Source of the DNA: Roseomonas sp.
Lineage (GTDB): Bacteria; Pseudomonadota; Alphaproteobacteria; Acetobacterales; Acetobacteraceae
Reading direction: 5' to 3'
DNA: 64,000 nt
Assembly: GCA_028288745.1 (NCBI GenBank)
Contig: JAQGHX010000108.1
Coordinates: 9,564-73,563, forward strand
In this document: positions 19,946 to 31,328 of the stretch, one piece after another
How positions within the stretch are numbered: position 1 is the stretch's first letter
Layout of the letters: each line of letters begins with the position of its first letter
Notes under the pieces: generated by a model
What the model saw: the letters and a program-made list of their open reading frames with translations, nothing else
Databases searched by the model: none
What the model was told of the DNA's origin: nothing
Position numbers and translations under genes: made by a program

Positions 19946-20842
19946 TCAGGCCCCGGGCATCCCTGCCAGGAACGGTTCCAGCGCCGCCAGCACGGCTTCC
20001 GGCGCTTCTTCCGCCAGATAATGGCCGCTCGGCACCGCGTGGCCGCTGACCGGGCCGGCGGCGTATTTCCTCCAGAGCGAGAGGGGTTCGTACCACTGGC
20101 CGATCTTTCCCCTGCCCCCCCACAGCGCCAGCACGGGACATTGCACGACTTCACCGGCGGCGCGGCTGGCACGGTCATGGTCGAGGTCGATGGTGGCGGC
20201 GGCGCGGTAATCCTCGCAGATGGCGGTGACGGTGCCGGGCTGCTTCAGTGCCGCGAGGTAATCCGCCCGTGCCTCCGGGTGGAAGAAGCCGCTGCCCTTC
20301 GGCTCGCGGGCGGTATGCAGGTCGAACCAGTCCTCCACGTCCCGCAGGATCATGCGTTCAGGCAGGTCGTGGCGCTGCGCCAGGAAGAACCAGTGATAGT
20401 AGCCCATGGCGAAGGCCATGTCGGTCCGTTCGAAATGCTCCAGCGTGGGCACGATGTCCATGACCGCCAGCCGGTCCACCGCGCCGGGCATGTCGAGGGC
20501 CAGCCGGTGCGCCACGCGCGCCCCGCGATCGTGGCTGACGATGCCGAAGCGTCCGAAGCCCAGCCCCCGCATCAACCCCACCATATCCGCCGCCATGGCG
20601 CGCTTGGAATAGGCGGCGTGGTCGTCGCTGGGTCCCGGCTTGGCCGAAAACCCATAGCCACGCAGATCCGGGCAGACCACGGTGAAACGGCGGGCCAGAA
20701 CCGGCGCCACCTTGTGCCACATCATATGCGTCTGCGGGTTGCCGTGCAGCAGCAGCAGCGGCGGGCCATGGCCGCCCCGGCGCAGGCGCAGGGTCTGGCC
20801 TTCCACCCTGCGTTCTTCCAGCACGAAATCCGGGAACAGCAT
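19946..20842 (-). CDS. Alpha/beta hydrolase, haloacetate/fluoroacetate dehalogenase-like
   Basis: LHGNPQT, DLRGYG, SHDRGAR, DIVPT, YHWFF, CEDYR, SGHYLAEEAP. Confidence 0.75.
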   Translation of the reverse strand: MLFPDFVLEERRVEGQTLRLRRGGHGPPLLLLHGNPQTHMMWHKVAPVLARRFTVVCPDLRGYGFSAKPGPSDDHAAYSKRAMAADMVGLMRGLGFGRFGIVSHDRGARVAHRLALDMPGAVDRLAVMDIVPTLEHFERTDMAFAMGYYHWFFLAQRHDLPERMILRDVEDWFDLHTAREPKGSGFFHPEARADYLAALKQPGTVTAICEDYRAAATIDLDHDRASRAAGEVVQCPVLALWGGRGKIGQWYEPLSLWRKYAAGPVSGHAVPSGHYLAEEAPEAVLAALEPFLAGMPGA

Positions 20843-20852
20843 GCGCCTTGTC

Positions 20853-21179
20853 CTATCCCAGCAGCGTGAAGACGCCGAGCCCGATGCCCGCCGCGCCCAT
20901 GGCCATCGATAGTCCGGGCCAGACCGGCCGGGGGCCGCGAATGGCCAGGAAGACGTTGAAGAGCAACGACAGGCCGAGCCCGACGGCGACGGTGGTCCAG
21001 GGGCGCATGAAGCAGCCCCAGATCAGCAGTCCGACCCAGAGGAAGAAGGCCAGTTGCGACAGCCATTTCCAGGCCAGGTCGGCGCCTTCGGACCCGGGGC
21101 GGAGTTCCGGCACGTTGGAACGGGAATGGATGAAGGACGCGCCGGAAAGCAGTAGAAGAGCGGGAAGAAAGGTGTCCAT
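20853..21179 (-). CDS. Small hypothetical integral membrane protein
   Basis: About 108 aa with about four hydrophobic stretches; probably co-transcribed with the hydrolase. Confidence 0.6.
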   Translation of the reverse strand: MDTFLPALLLLSGASFIHSRSNVPELRPGSEGADLAWKWLSQLAFFLWVGLLIWGCFMRPWTTVAVGLGLSLLFNVFLAIRGPRPVWPGLSMAMGAAGIGLGVFTLLG

Positions 21180-21227
21180 GCTCTTCGCGGTAGCGCGGTT
21201 GGGGCGGTTTTGCCAAGCCCGTGCCCC

Positions 21228-21253
21228 GAAACCGGAGCGTGGCCAGGACCGTT
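21228..21253 (+). promoter_or_regulatory. Putative EcfG promoter of the DUF2188 gene
   Basis: GAAAC-N17-CGTT upstream of SD AGGAGGA and ATG 21284. Confidence 0.5.
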
Positions 21254-21283
21254 CCAGAGTCATGCCCGTACAAGGAGGAAGCC

Positions 21284-21523
21284 ATGACCAAGCTTGTCTA
21301 TGAAGTCATCCAGCATGACGGCGGCTGGGCTTACAAGGTAGGGGATGTTTTCTCCGAGGCCTATCGGACCCACGATCAGGCGGCGGCCGCGGCGCACTCG
21401 GCGGCGGCCAAGCAGCAACTGGGCGACGAGACTGAAGTCATCGAATATCAGGATGGCAAAGGCGAGTGGCATACGGAAACCGCCAGGGGCGATGATCGTC
21501 CGGAAACCTCGGTGGTTGATTAG
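21284..21523 (+). CDS. DUF2188 family small protein
   Basis: Strong SD; YEVIQHDGGWAYKVGDVFSE...IEYQDGKGEWHTETARGDDRPET. Confidence 0.75.
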   Translation: MTKLVYEVIQHDGGWAYKVGDVFSEAYRTHDQAAAAAHSAAAKQQLGDETEVIEYQDGKGEWHTETARGDDRPETSVVD

Positions 21524-21540
21524 GCATCAGCGGCGCCGCC

Positions 21541-21570
21541 GCCAGGCGCGACCGGAAGGCCGCGCCTGGC
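21541..21570. terminator. Hairpin between convergent genes
   Basis: GCCAGGCGCGACC-GGAA-GGCCGCGCCTGGC stem with GNRA loop. Confidence 0.5.
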
Positions 21571-21579
21571 CTGAACCTC

Positions 21580-21762
21580 TCAGTGGTCCGGGAACTGCCG
21601 GACCAGGGCGAGAAGGTCCTCCGGCACGGGCTCGTTTGCCGCCCGGTCGTACTGTCCCTTGAGCATGCGCTGCGCCCACTGGTCCAAAGCCTGTTCCTCG
21701 ACCGAAGCCGGCCGCCCGTAGCGTGTCATAGTCTTAAGGTCTTTCCTGGCTTGAACCTGCAT
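21580..21762 (-). CDS. NepR-like anti-sigma factor
   Basis: 60 aa; LDQWAQRMLKGQYDRAANEPVPEDLLALVRQF matches the NepR core L...YD....EP.P..L..L. Confidence 0.65.
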   Translation of the reverse strand: MQVQARKDLKTMTRYGRPASVEEQALDQWAQRMLKGQYDRAANEPVPEDLLALVRQFPDH

Positions 21763-21804
21763 GTCGCCACCGCGCCGTGGCGCTCCTCCGTGCTCTGATG
21801 TTGC

Positions 21805-21829
21805 AACACGGCAAAGGGGCGGGAGTTCC
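21805..21829 (-). promoter_or_regulatory. Putative EcfG promoter of the nepR-like gene
   Basis: Minus strand GGAAC-N17-GTT. Confidence 0.55.
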
Positions 21830-21884
21830 GTCCGAAATCATACGCAAGGCAGGATGTTGCAAAGCGGCAACACGGGGCGCAGGC

Positions 21885-21987
21885 AAAAAGAAGCCCGGAA
21901 AACCAAGGTTCTCCGGGCCAGTCGTTTAGGGGGGATTCACGTCCGGGAGACGCAGGGTCATGGACCCTGTCCGGCTCGACGCCGGAT
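21885..21987 (-). ncRNA. Candidate small RNA (suhB/alpha-r8/MmgR-like architecture)
   Basis: -10-like TATCTT (21999-21994), 5' stem CAGGGTC/GACCCTG, single-stranded TCCCCCCTAAACGACT, then GCCCGGA/TCCGGGC terminator and TTCTTTTT. Confidence 0.55.
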
Positions 21988-22069
21988 GCCCGCAAGATAA
22001 GCCCAGGCCGCGCTTGCCCCCAGGGCGATTATCAACATCCGGCTACGCGCTGGATGCATGATGAAGCAT

Positions 22070-22966
22070 CTACGATGCGTGTAGTGCTGCGAGTTCCGAG
22101 ATCAGGAAGTCGCGGAAGACCCCCACCCGCTTCGAATGGCGCATTTCCTCCGGATAGACGAAGTAGGAATCGATGCGTGGCGATTTGAGGTCCGGCAGCA
22201 CGGTCGTCAGGCCGGCCAGTTCCTCGCCCATGTAGTCGGGCAGGGCCGCGAGCCCGAGGCCCGCGCGCACCGCATACAGGATGGCCGGCAGGCTGTTTAC
22301 CTCCACCGCGGCGCGGCGGGGGCTGCCGGCGCGGCGGCCGGCCTCGACCAGCCAGTTGATGCTGTCCACCGGCGGGCGGTAGTCGCCATAGACGATCAGC
22401 CGATGGCTATCGAGGTCCTCCGGCCGCTGCGGCATGCCGGCCTGCTTCAGGTAGTCCGGCGAGCCGACGATCCTGTAATTGAAGGTCGCGATATGCCGCT
22501 GGATCAGGTCCGGCTGCTTGGGCGGATGCATGCGGATGGCGACATCAGCCTCCCGCATCGCCAGGTCCAGGTCGGAATCGTCCAGCAGCAGCGTGACGGT
22601 CACGTCCGGGTGCTGGTTCATGAACTTCCGCAGCCGCGGCGCCAGCCAGGTGGCGCCGAAGCCGGTGGTGGTGGTCACCTTCAGCCGCCCGGCCGCGCGC
22701 TCGCGGCTTTCGGTCAGCAGCGCCTCGGTCATCGCCAGCTTGGCGAAGACCTCGCGGACCGTGCGGTTCAGGGATTCGCCCTGTTCCGTCAGGATCAGCC
22801 CGCGCGCATGGCGGTGGAAGAGCGGCACCTGAAGGGCCTCCTCCAGCGCCTGGATCTGGCGGGAGACGGCCGATTGGCTGAGGTTCAGCGATTCACCCGC
22901 ATGGGTGAAGCTGCCGGCCTCGGCCACGGCATGGAAAACCCGGAGCTTGTCCCAATCTAATGGCAT
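22070..22966 (-). CDS. LysR family regulator, LsrB/VtlR-like
   Basis: MPLDWDKLRVFHAVAEAGSFTHAG...SQSAVSRQI...LFHRHARGLILTEQGE, DLDLAMREADVAIR; downstream of trxB as in rhizobial lsrB loci. Confidence 0.85.
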   Translation of the reverse strand: MPLDWDKLRVFHAVAEAGSFTHAGESLNLSQSAVSRQIQALEEALQVPLFHRHARGLILTEQGESLNRTVREVFAKLAMTEALLTESRERAAGRLKVTTTTGFGATWLAPRLRKFMNQHPDVTVTLLLDDSDLDLAMREADVAIRMHPPKQPDLIQRHIATFNYRIVGSPDYLKQAGMPQRPEDLDSHRLIVYGDYRPPVDSINWLVEAGRRAGSPRRAAVEVNSLPAILYAVRAGLGLAALPDYMGEELAGLTTVLPDLKSPRIDSYFVYPEEMRHSKRVGVFRDFLISELAALHAS

Positions 22967-22972
22967 GGCGGT

Positions 22973-23947
22973 TCAGGCGGCCTGGGCTTGCGCTTGGTCT
23001 TCGCCGGCGGCCAGGAACTTCTCGGCCTCCAGTGCCGCCATGCAGCCTGTCCCGGCGGCGGTGACCGCCTGGCGGAACACGCGGTCCTGCACGTCGCCGG
23101 CGGCGAAGACGCCCTCCCGGCTGGTGCGCGTCGAATTGGCTTCGGTCACCAGGTAGCCCTCCGCATCCATCTCCAGCTGCCCCGCGAACAGGCTGGTCGC
23201 AGGGGAGTGGCCGATGGCGACGAAGACGCCATCCACGGCCAGCTCCGATTTCTCGCCCGTCCGCGCGTCGCGCAGCATCAGGCCGCGCGCCACAGGGGTA
23301 CGGCCACCGGTCGCGGCCAGCACTTCCTCGGGCACGGTGTTCCAGCGCACGCTCACATTTGGCTTGGCCAGCAGCCGCTGCTGCAGGATGCGCTCCGCCC
23401 GTAGCGTGTCGCGGCGGTGAATGAGGGTCACGCTTTTGGCGAGGTTGGCGAGGTAGAGGGCTTCCTCCACCGCCGAGTTGCCGCCGCCGATGACCGCCAC
23501 GTCCTTGCCACGGTAGAAGAAGCCATCGCAGGTGGCGCAGGCGGAAACGCCGAAGCCCGAGAGTTCCATCTCGCCCGGGATGCCCAGCCAGCGGGCCTGC
23601 GCGCCGGTGGCGATGACCACCGCCTCGGCCTCAAAGGTGTCGCCCGAGTCGCCCACGGCGCGGAACGGCCGGCGGGAGAGGTCGATCGAGGTGATCAGGT
23701 CATGCTGGAGGCGGGCGCCGACATGCTCGGCCTGCTCGCGCATCTGCTCCATCAGCCAGGGGCCCTGCACCGGCGCGGCGAAGCCGGGGAAGTTCTCGAC
23801 CTCGGTGGTGATGGTCAATTGCCCGCCTGGCTGCATGCCGGCGACGATCAAGGGTTGCAACCCGGCGCGCGCGGCGTAGATGGCCGCCGTGTACCCTGCG
23901 GGGCCGGCGCCAAGGATCAACAGGCGGGTACGGTGCAGTTCGGGCAA
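22973..23947 (-). CDS. trxB: Thioredoxin-disulfide reductase
   Basis: GAGPAGYTAAIYAARA, CATCDGFF, GGGNSAVEEA, GVFAAGDV; likely TTG start. Confidence 0.95.
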   Translation of the reverse strand: MPELHRTRLLILGAGPAGYTAAIYAARAGLQPLIVAGMQPGGQLTITTEVENFPGFAAPVQGPWLMEQMREQAEHVGARLQHDLITSIDLSRRPFRAVGDSGDTFEAEAVVIATGAQARWLGIPGEMELSGFGVSACATCDGFFYRGKDVAVIGGGNSAVEEALYLANLAKSVTLIHRRDTLRAERILQQRLLAKPNVSVRWNTVPEEVLAATGGRTPVARGLMLRDARTGEKSELAVDGVFVAIGHSPATSLFAGQLEMDAEGYLVTEANSTRTSREGVFAAGDVQDRVFRQAVTAAGTGCMAALEAEKFLAAGEDQAQAQAA

Positions 23948-24088
23948 GGTTCTGGTCCTGAAATCGCTCTCTAGAATGCAGGATATCGGCAAGTTCTGCG
24001 AACACCGCAACCCGGGTGCCTTGAATACGGGTAGCTATGCAAGGATATTGCGCATGAATAGCCGCGCGAGCAATGAACGGTTCAATTG

Positions 24089-24559
24089 ATGCCCGAATCC
24101 ATAGATAACCTTGACGCGGTCGACCGCCAGATTCTGGCCGAACTGCAAAACGACGGCCGCATGACGAATGTCGAACTCGCGCGGCGCGTGGAACTCTCCG
24201 CGCCGCCCTGCCTGCGGCGGGTGCGCCGCCTGGAGGAAGCCGGCATCATCCGGGGCTACCATGCCGAGGTGGACCCGGTCTCCCTCGGCTGGGAGATCAC
24301 CTTCTTCGCCCTGGTGGGGCTGGAGAGCCAGAAGCAGAGCATCCTCGACGCTTTCGAGAATGACGTGAAAAGCTGGCCGGAGGTGCGGGAATGCCACATG
24401 ATCCGCGGTGGCGGCGATTTCCTGCTCCGGCTGGTGGCCCGCGACACGGCGCATGAGAACGCGCTGACGAACCGGCTGACCTCCGCCGGCACCGTCTCCC
24501 GCGTCCAGACGCTGCAGACGATGCACACCGCCAAGCAGGTTCCGGGGGTGCCGCTGTAA
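24089..24559 (+). CDS. Lrp/AsnC family transcriptional regulator
   Basis: LDAVDRQILAELQNDGRMTNVELARRVELSAPPCLRRVRRLEEAGII; divergent from trxB. Confidence 0.9.
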   Translation: MPESIDNLDAVDRQILAELQNDGRMTNVELARRVELSAPPCLRRVRRLEEAGIIRGYHAEVDPVSLGWEITFFALVGLESQKQSILDAFENDVKSWPEVRECHMIRGGGDFLLRLVARDTAHENALTNRLTSAGTVSRVQTLQTMHTAKQVPGVPL

Positions 24560-24649
24560 GTGACCGCCGCCACGCCCGCCTCCCCGCTGCTTAGAGTTGA
24601 CTTGGCGCGGGCAGCGGAGCAGCTTCCGCAGGCGTGCAGGGGATGAGCG

Positions 24650-25372
24650 ATGGACATCGGTGTACCGTTGAAAGACATGGGCCCCGTTGATGTGTCGGGC
24701 CTTATCAATGTCGTGGAATCACTGACCGAGGCCGACTGGACCGGCAATACCTTCCGGCAGGATGCGCTGGCCTCGGGGGCGCATGCGACGACCGACAACA
24801 TCCTGATGAAGACCGAGTGGCACCCTTCGGTCTCCACCAGCGGCCTACAGCATTTCGAGGATCTGGTCGTCGTCTGGGCCCGTGCGCGCGGTGTGGACCC
24901 GGAAAAGGTCCTGCCGATCGCGCGCGAGAACACCGATCTCTGGCCGGTCTTCACCATGCCCGAATGGCTGGCCTACAAGGATATCCTGGGGCCCCTGGTC
25001 GAGCAGGTCATCGCGCCGCTGAAGAAGCCGCGTGGCGTCGTCAGCAGGTTGGCGCTGGTGCGGCTTCCGGCGGGCGCGCATATCGCGCCGCATATCGACG
25101 GCCACCTGATGGCGACCAAGGCGCACCGCATCCACGTCTCGCTCAGCAGCACGCCATCGGTCGAGTACAAGATCGACGGCCGCAAGTTCACCATGCTGAA
25201 GGGCCACGCTTACGACTTCAACAACCGGGTCCGCCATTCCGTGAAGAACAACGGCAAGCGCGCCCGGATCAACCTGTTCGTCGATTATTACCCAGACCCG
25301 GGGCTGGTGATCCGCAATCCTCTGGACGTGTCTGTCCCGCTCTACGCGAAGCCGACGCCGGTTATCAACTGA
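24650..25372 (+). CDS. Aspartyl/asparaginyl beta-hydroxylase-like Fe(II)/2OG oxygenase
   Basis: IAPHID (HxD), HRIHVSL, NNRVRHSVKNNG..RINLFVD. Confidence 0.7.
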   Translation: MDIGVPLKDMGPVDVSGLINVVESLTEADWTGNTFRQDALASGAHATTDNILMKTEWHPSVSTSGLQHFEDLVVVWARARGVDPEKVLPIARENTDLWPVFTMPEWLAYKDILGPLVEQVIAPLKKPRGVVSRLALVRLPAGAHIAPHIDGHLMATKAHRIHVSLSSTPSVEYKIDGRKFTMLKGHAYDFNNRVRHSVKNNGKRARINLFVDYYPDPGLVIRNPLDVSVPLYAKPTPVIN

Positions 25373-25421
25373 GCGCGGGGCCGCCGCGGCCGCTTTCCGG
25401 GGCGTCCTGAGGCGCGGAAGC

Positions 25422-26657
25422 TTACCCGCGCCGGACCACGTACTGCCCGGCTTCCAGTGCCGCGACGATGGCATTGCCCTGGGCGGAGTCCCTGACCTCG
25501 ATCATCAGCTCAAGCTCCGCCGTCTGCACGGAGGGAGAGGCGAAGAGCCGCTGGTGCGACACCTCGATGATATTGCCGCCCGCCGCCGAGACGCGCGTCG
25601 CGATATCGGCCAGGACACCGGGGCGGTCCGGGATATCCAGGTGCACGCGCAGCAGGCGGCCGTCGCGCAGCAGGTTGCGCAGCAGCACATTGGCCAGGAT
25701 GCGCGCGTCGATATTGCCGCCGCAGACGACGGTGCCGACCCGCTTGCCGGCGAACCGCTCCGGGAAGGACAGCAGCGCGGCCACACCGGCGGCGCCGGCG
25801 CCCTCTGCCACCACCTTGGCACCCTCCGCCAGCAGGGCGATGCCTTGTTCCACCGCGCGTTCCGGCACCACCAGAACCTCGATGCCCAGGCGCTTCAGCA
25901 TGGCATGTGGTGTCTCGCCCACGTCGCGCACGGCGATTCCCTCGGCGATCGTCGGCCCGCCCACGGATACCGGCTGCCCCGCCAGGCGCTGCGCCATGGC
26001 CGGGTAGCCCTCGACCTCCACGCCATAGACGCGCAGCCTGGGGTTCAGCTCCGCCAGCGCCGCGGCGCAGCCGGCCAGCAGCCCGCCGCCGCCCACGGGA
26101 AAGACCAGCGTGTCGAGTTCCGGCACGTCCTCGATCATTTCCAGGGCCATGGTGCCCTGGCCTGCGATGACGCCCGCATCATCATAGGGGTGGATGAAGG
26201 TCAGGCCGTCCCGCAGCGACAATTCGTGGGCATGGGCGGCCGCCTCGGCCAATGTTTCCCCGTGCAGCACCACGCGCGCGCCCCAGCCCTCGGTACGGAC
26301 GATTTTGGTGGTGGGGGTGAATTTCGGCATGACGATGGTGGCGGCGATGCCCAGCAGGCTGGCATGGCGGGCGACCGCCTGGGCATGGTTGCCGGCAGAC
26401 ATGGCGATGACGCCCGCCACCCTTTCCCGCGCCGTCAGCAGTGCCAGGCGGTTGGCCGCGCCGCGTTCCTTGAAGGCGCCGGTGGCCTGCAGATTGTCCA
26501 GCTTCAGCCAGACATCGCAGCCCGCCGCCCTACCCACGGCATGGGAGGGTAGGGTGGGCGTCCGCAATACGGCGCCCTGGATGCGGGCGGCGGCCGCCCG
26601 CACCTCGGCCAGCCCGATGGGGGGCAGGTTGAGCTGATCCACCACCGGTGCGCCCAT
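25422..26657 (-). CDS. ilvA: Threonine ammonia-lyase (short form with one ACT domain)
   Basis: LQATGAFKERGA, SAGNHAQ, PVGGGGL, GGNID, DRPGVL. Confidence 0.85.
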   Translation of the reverse strand: MGAPVVDQLNLPPIGLAEVRAAAARIQGAVLRTPTLPSHAVGRAAGCDVWLKLDNLQATGAFKERGAANRLALLTARERVAGVIAMSAGNHAQAVARHASLLGIAATIVMPKFTPTTKIVRTEGWGARVVLHGETLAEAAAHAHELSLRDGLTFIHPYDDAGVIAGQGTMALEMIEDVPELDTLVFPVGGGGLLAGCAAALAELNPRLRVYGVEVEGYPAMAQRLAGQPVSVGGPTIAEGIAVRDVGETPHAMLKRLGIEVLVVPERAVEQGIALLAEGAKVVAEGAGAAGVAALLSFPERFAGKRVGTVVCGGNIDARILANVLLRNLLRDGRLLRVHLDIPDRPGVLADIATRVSAAGGNIIEVSHQRLFASPSVQTAELELMIEVRDSAQGNAIVAALEAGQYVVRRG

Positions 26658-27130
26658 CAGACGAAGCGGACCTTGGCGATCTCGTAGGCCCTGGCGCCGC
26701 CCGGCGCCGGCACCTCGACCAAGTCGCCCACCTTCTTGCCCAGCAGCGCGCGCGCCAGCGGGGAGGAGATGGAGACGGAGCCGTTCTTCATGTCCGCCTC
26801 ATAGGCGCCGATGATCCGGTAGGATTTCTCCTCCTCGGATTCCTCGTCGATGATGGTGACATAGGCGCCGAACTTGACCTGGTCGCCGCTGAACTTGCTG
26901 ATATCGATGATCTCGGCGGCGGGAAGGATGGTCTCCAGCTCGCCGATGCGACCTTCGATGAAAGACTGGCGCTCACGCGCGGCGTGGTATTCGGCGTTCT
27001 CGGAAAGATCGCCATGGGCGCGCGCCTCCGCGATCGCCCGGATCACGGCCGGGCGTTCCTCGGCCCTCAGCTGGCGCAGCTCTTCTTCGAGCCGGGCGTG
27101 GCCTTCGGCAGTCATCGGGAACTTCTGCAC
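26657..27130 (-). CDS. greA: Transcription elongation factor GreA
   Basis: [33 protein letters not shown]. Confidence 0.95.
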   Translation of the reverse strand: MQKFPMTAEGHARLEEELRQLRAEERPAVIRAIAEARAHGDLSENAEYHAARERQSFIEGRIGELETILPAAEIIDISKFSGDQVKFGAYVTIIDEESEEEKSYRIIGAYEADMKNGSVSISSPLARALLGKKVGDLVEVPAPGGARAYEIAKVRFV

Positions 27131-27231
27131 GGCTAACCCTTTCCGTCATACGCAGCGGCCCACTCGCGGCGCCCCGCACGGCGATCATAGCCCTGCGGGT
27201 GGCCCTGGTGGGATGGATAGAGAGGCGGAGA

Positions 27232-27260
27232 GGGGCCGCTTTCCTTAGTAAAGCGGCCCC
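27232..27260 (-). terminator. Hairpin after carB
   Basis: Perfect 11-bp inverted repeat GGGGCCGCTTT/AAAGCGGCCCC just past the carB stop; weak pyrimidine tail. Confidence 0.6.
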
Positions 27261-27266
27261 ACCCGT

Positions 27267-30512
<3,246 letters not shown>

Positions 30513-30549
30513 CGGGGAGGCCCTGTCTTCTACTGGATAATTCGAAAGG

Positions 30550-31299
30550 TCAGCCGTGCACCGACAGGCCACCATCGACGGGGATGGCGGTGCCGGTGAC
30601 GAAGGCCGCGGCATCGCTGGCCAGGAAGGCGGCGATGCCGGCGAAGTCGGCGGGCAGGCCCCACCGCTTTTGCGGGGTGCGTGCCAGCACGCGGTCGTTC
30701 AGGTCGGGAATGTCGATCTTGGCGCCGGCTGTCAGATCGGTCTCGATCCAGCCGGGCAGGATGGCGTTGGCGGTGATGCCGTCCGGCCCCCAGGCCACGG
30801 CGAGGGAGCGCGTATACTGCACGATGCCGCCCTTGCTGGCGCCATAGGCGGGCGAGAGCGGCAGGCCGAAAATCGACATCATGGAGCCGATGGAGATCAC
30901 CCGCCCATGGCCGGAGGCCTTGAGGTGCGGATAGGCCGCGCGGCTCATGCGCATGGCGCTGGTGAGGTTGGCATCCATGACGGCGTACCAGTCCTCGTCC
31001 GTCACGTCCTGCGGCAGGCGGCGGATGTTGGTGCCGGCATTGTTGACCAGGATGTCGATGCCGCCGGCCTGCTCCACCACCTGCGCGATCACGCGGCCGG
31101 CGCTGCCGGCCTCCGCGAGATCGGCCTGGATGGCGAAGGCGCCTTCGCCCAGCTCGGCGACGGCGGCCTTGTTCTTCGCGGCATTTCGGCCGACCACGGC
31201 GACCCAGGCGCCACTGGCGGCCAGCCCGCGCGCCATGCCGAGGCCGATGCCGCCATTGCCGCCCGTGACCACGGCCACGCGTCCACTCAGATCGAACAT
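30550..31299 (-). CDS. SDR family oxidoreductase (KduD/FabG-like)
   Basis: [27 protein letters not shown]. Confidence 0.88.
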   Translation of the reverse strand: MFDLSGRVAVVTGGNGGIGLGMARGLAASGAWVAVVGRNAAKNKAAVAELGEGAFAIQADLAEAGSAGRVIAQVVEQAGGIDILVNNAGTNIRRLPQDVTDEDWYAVMDANLTSAMRMSRAAYPHLKASGHGRVISIGSMMSIFGLPLSPAYGASKGGIVQYTRSLAVAWGPDGITANAILPGWIETDLTAGAKIDIPDLNDRVLARTPQKRWGLPADFAGIAAFLASDAAAFVTGTAIPVDGGLSVHG

Positions 31300-31328
31300 T
31301 TCCGCTTCCCCTTCTATCGGGCCGGTGA

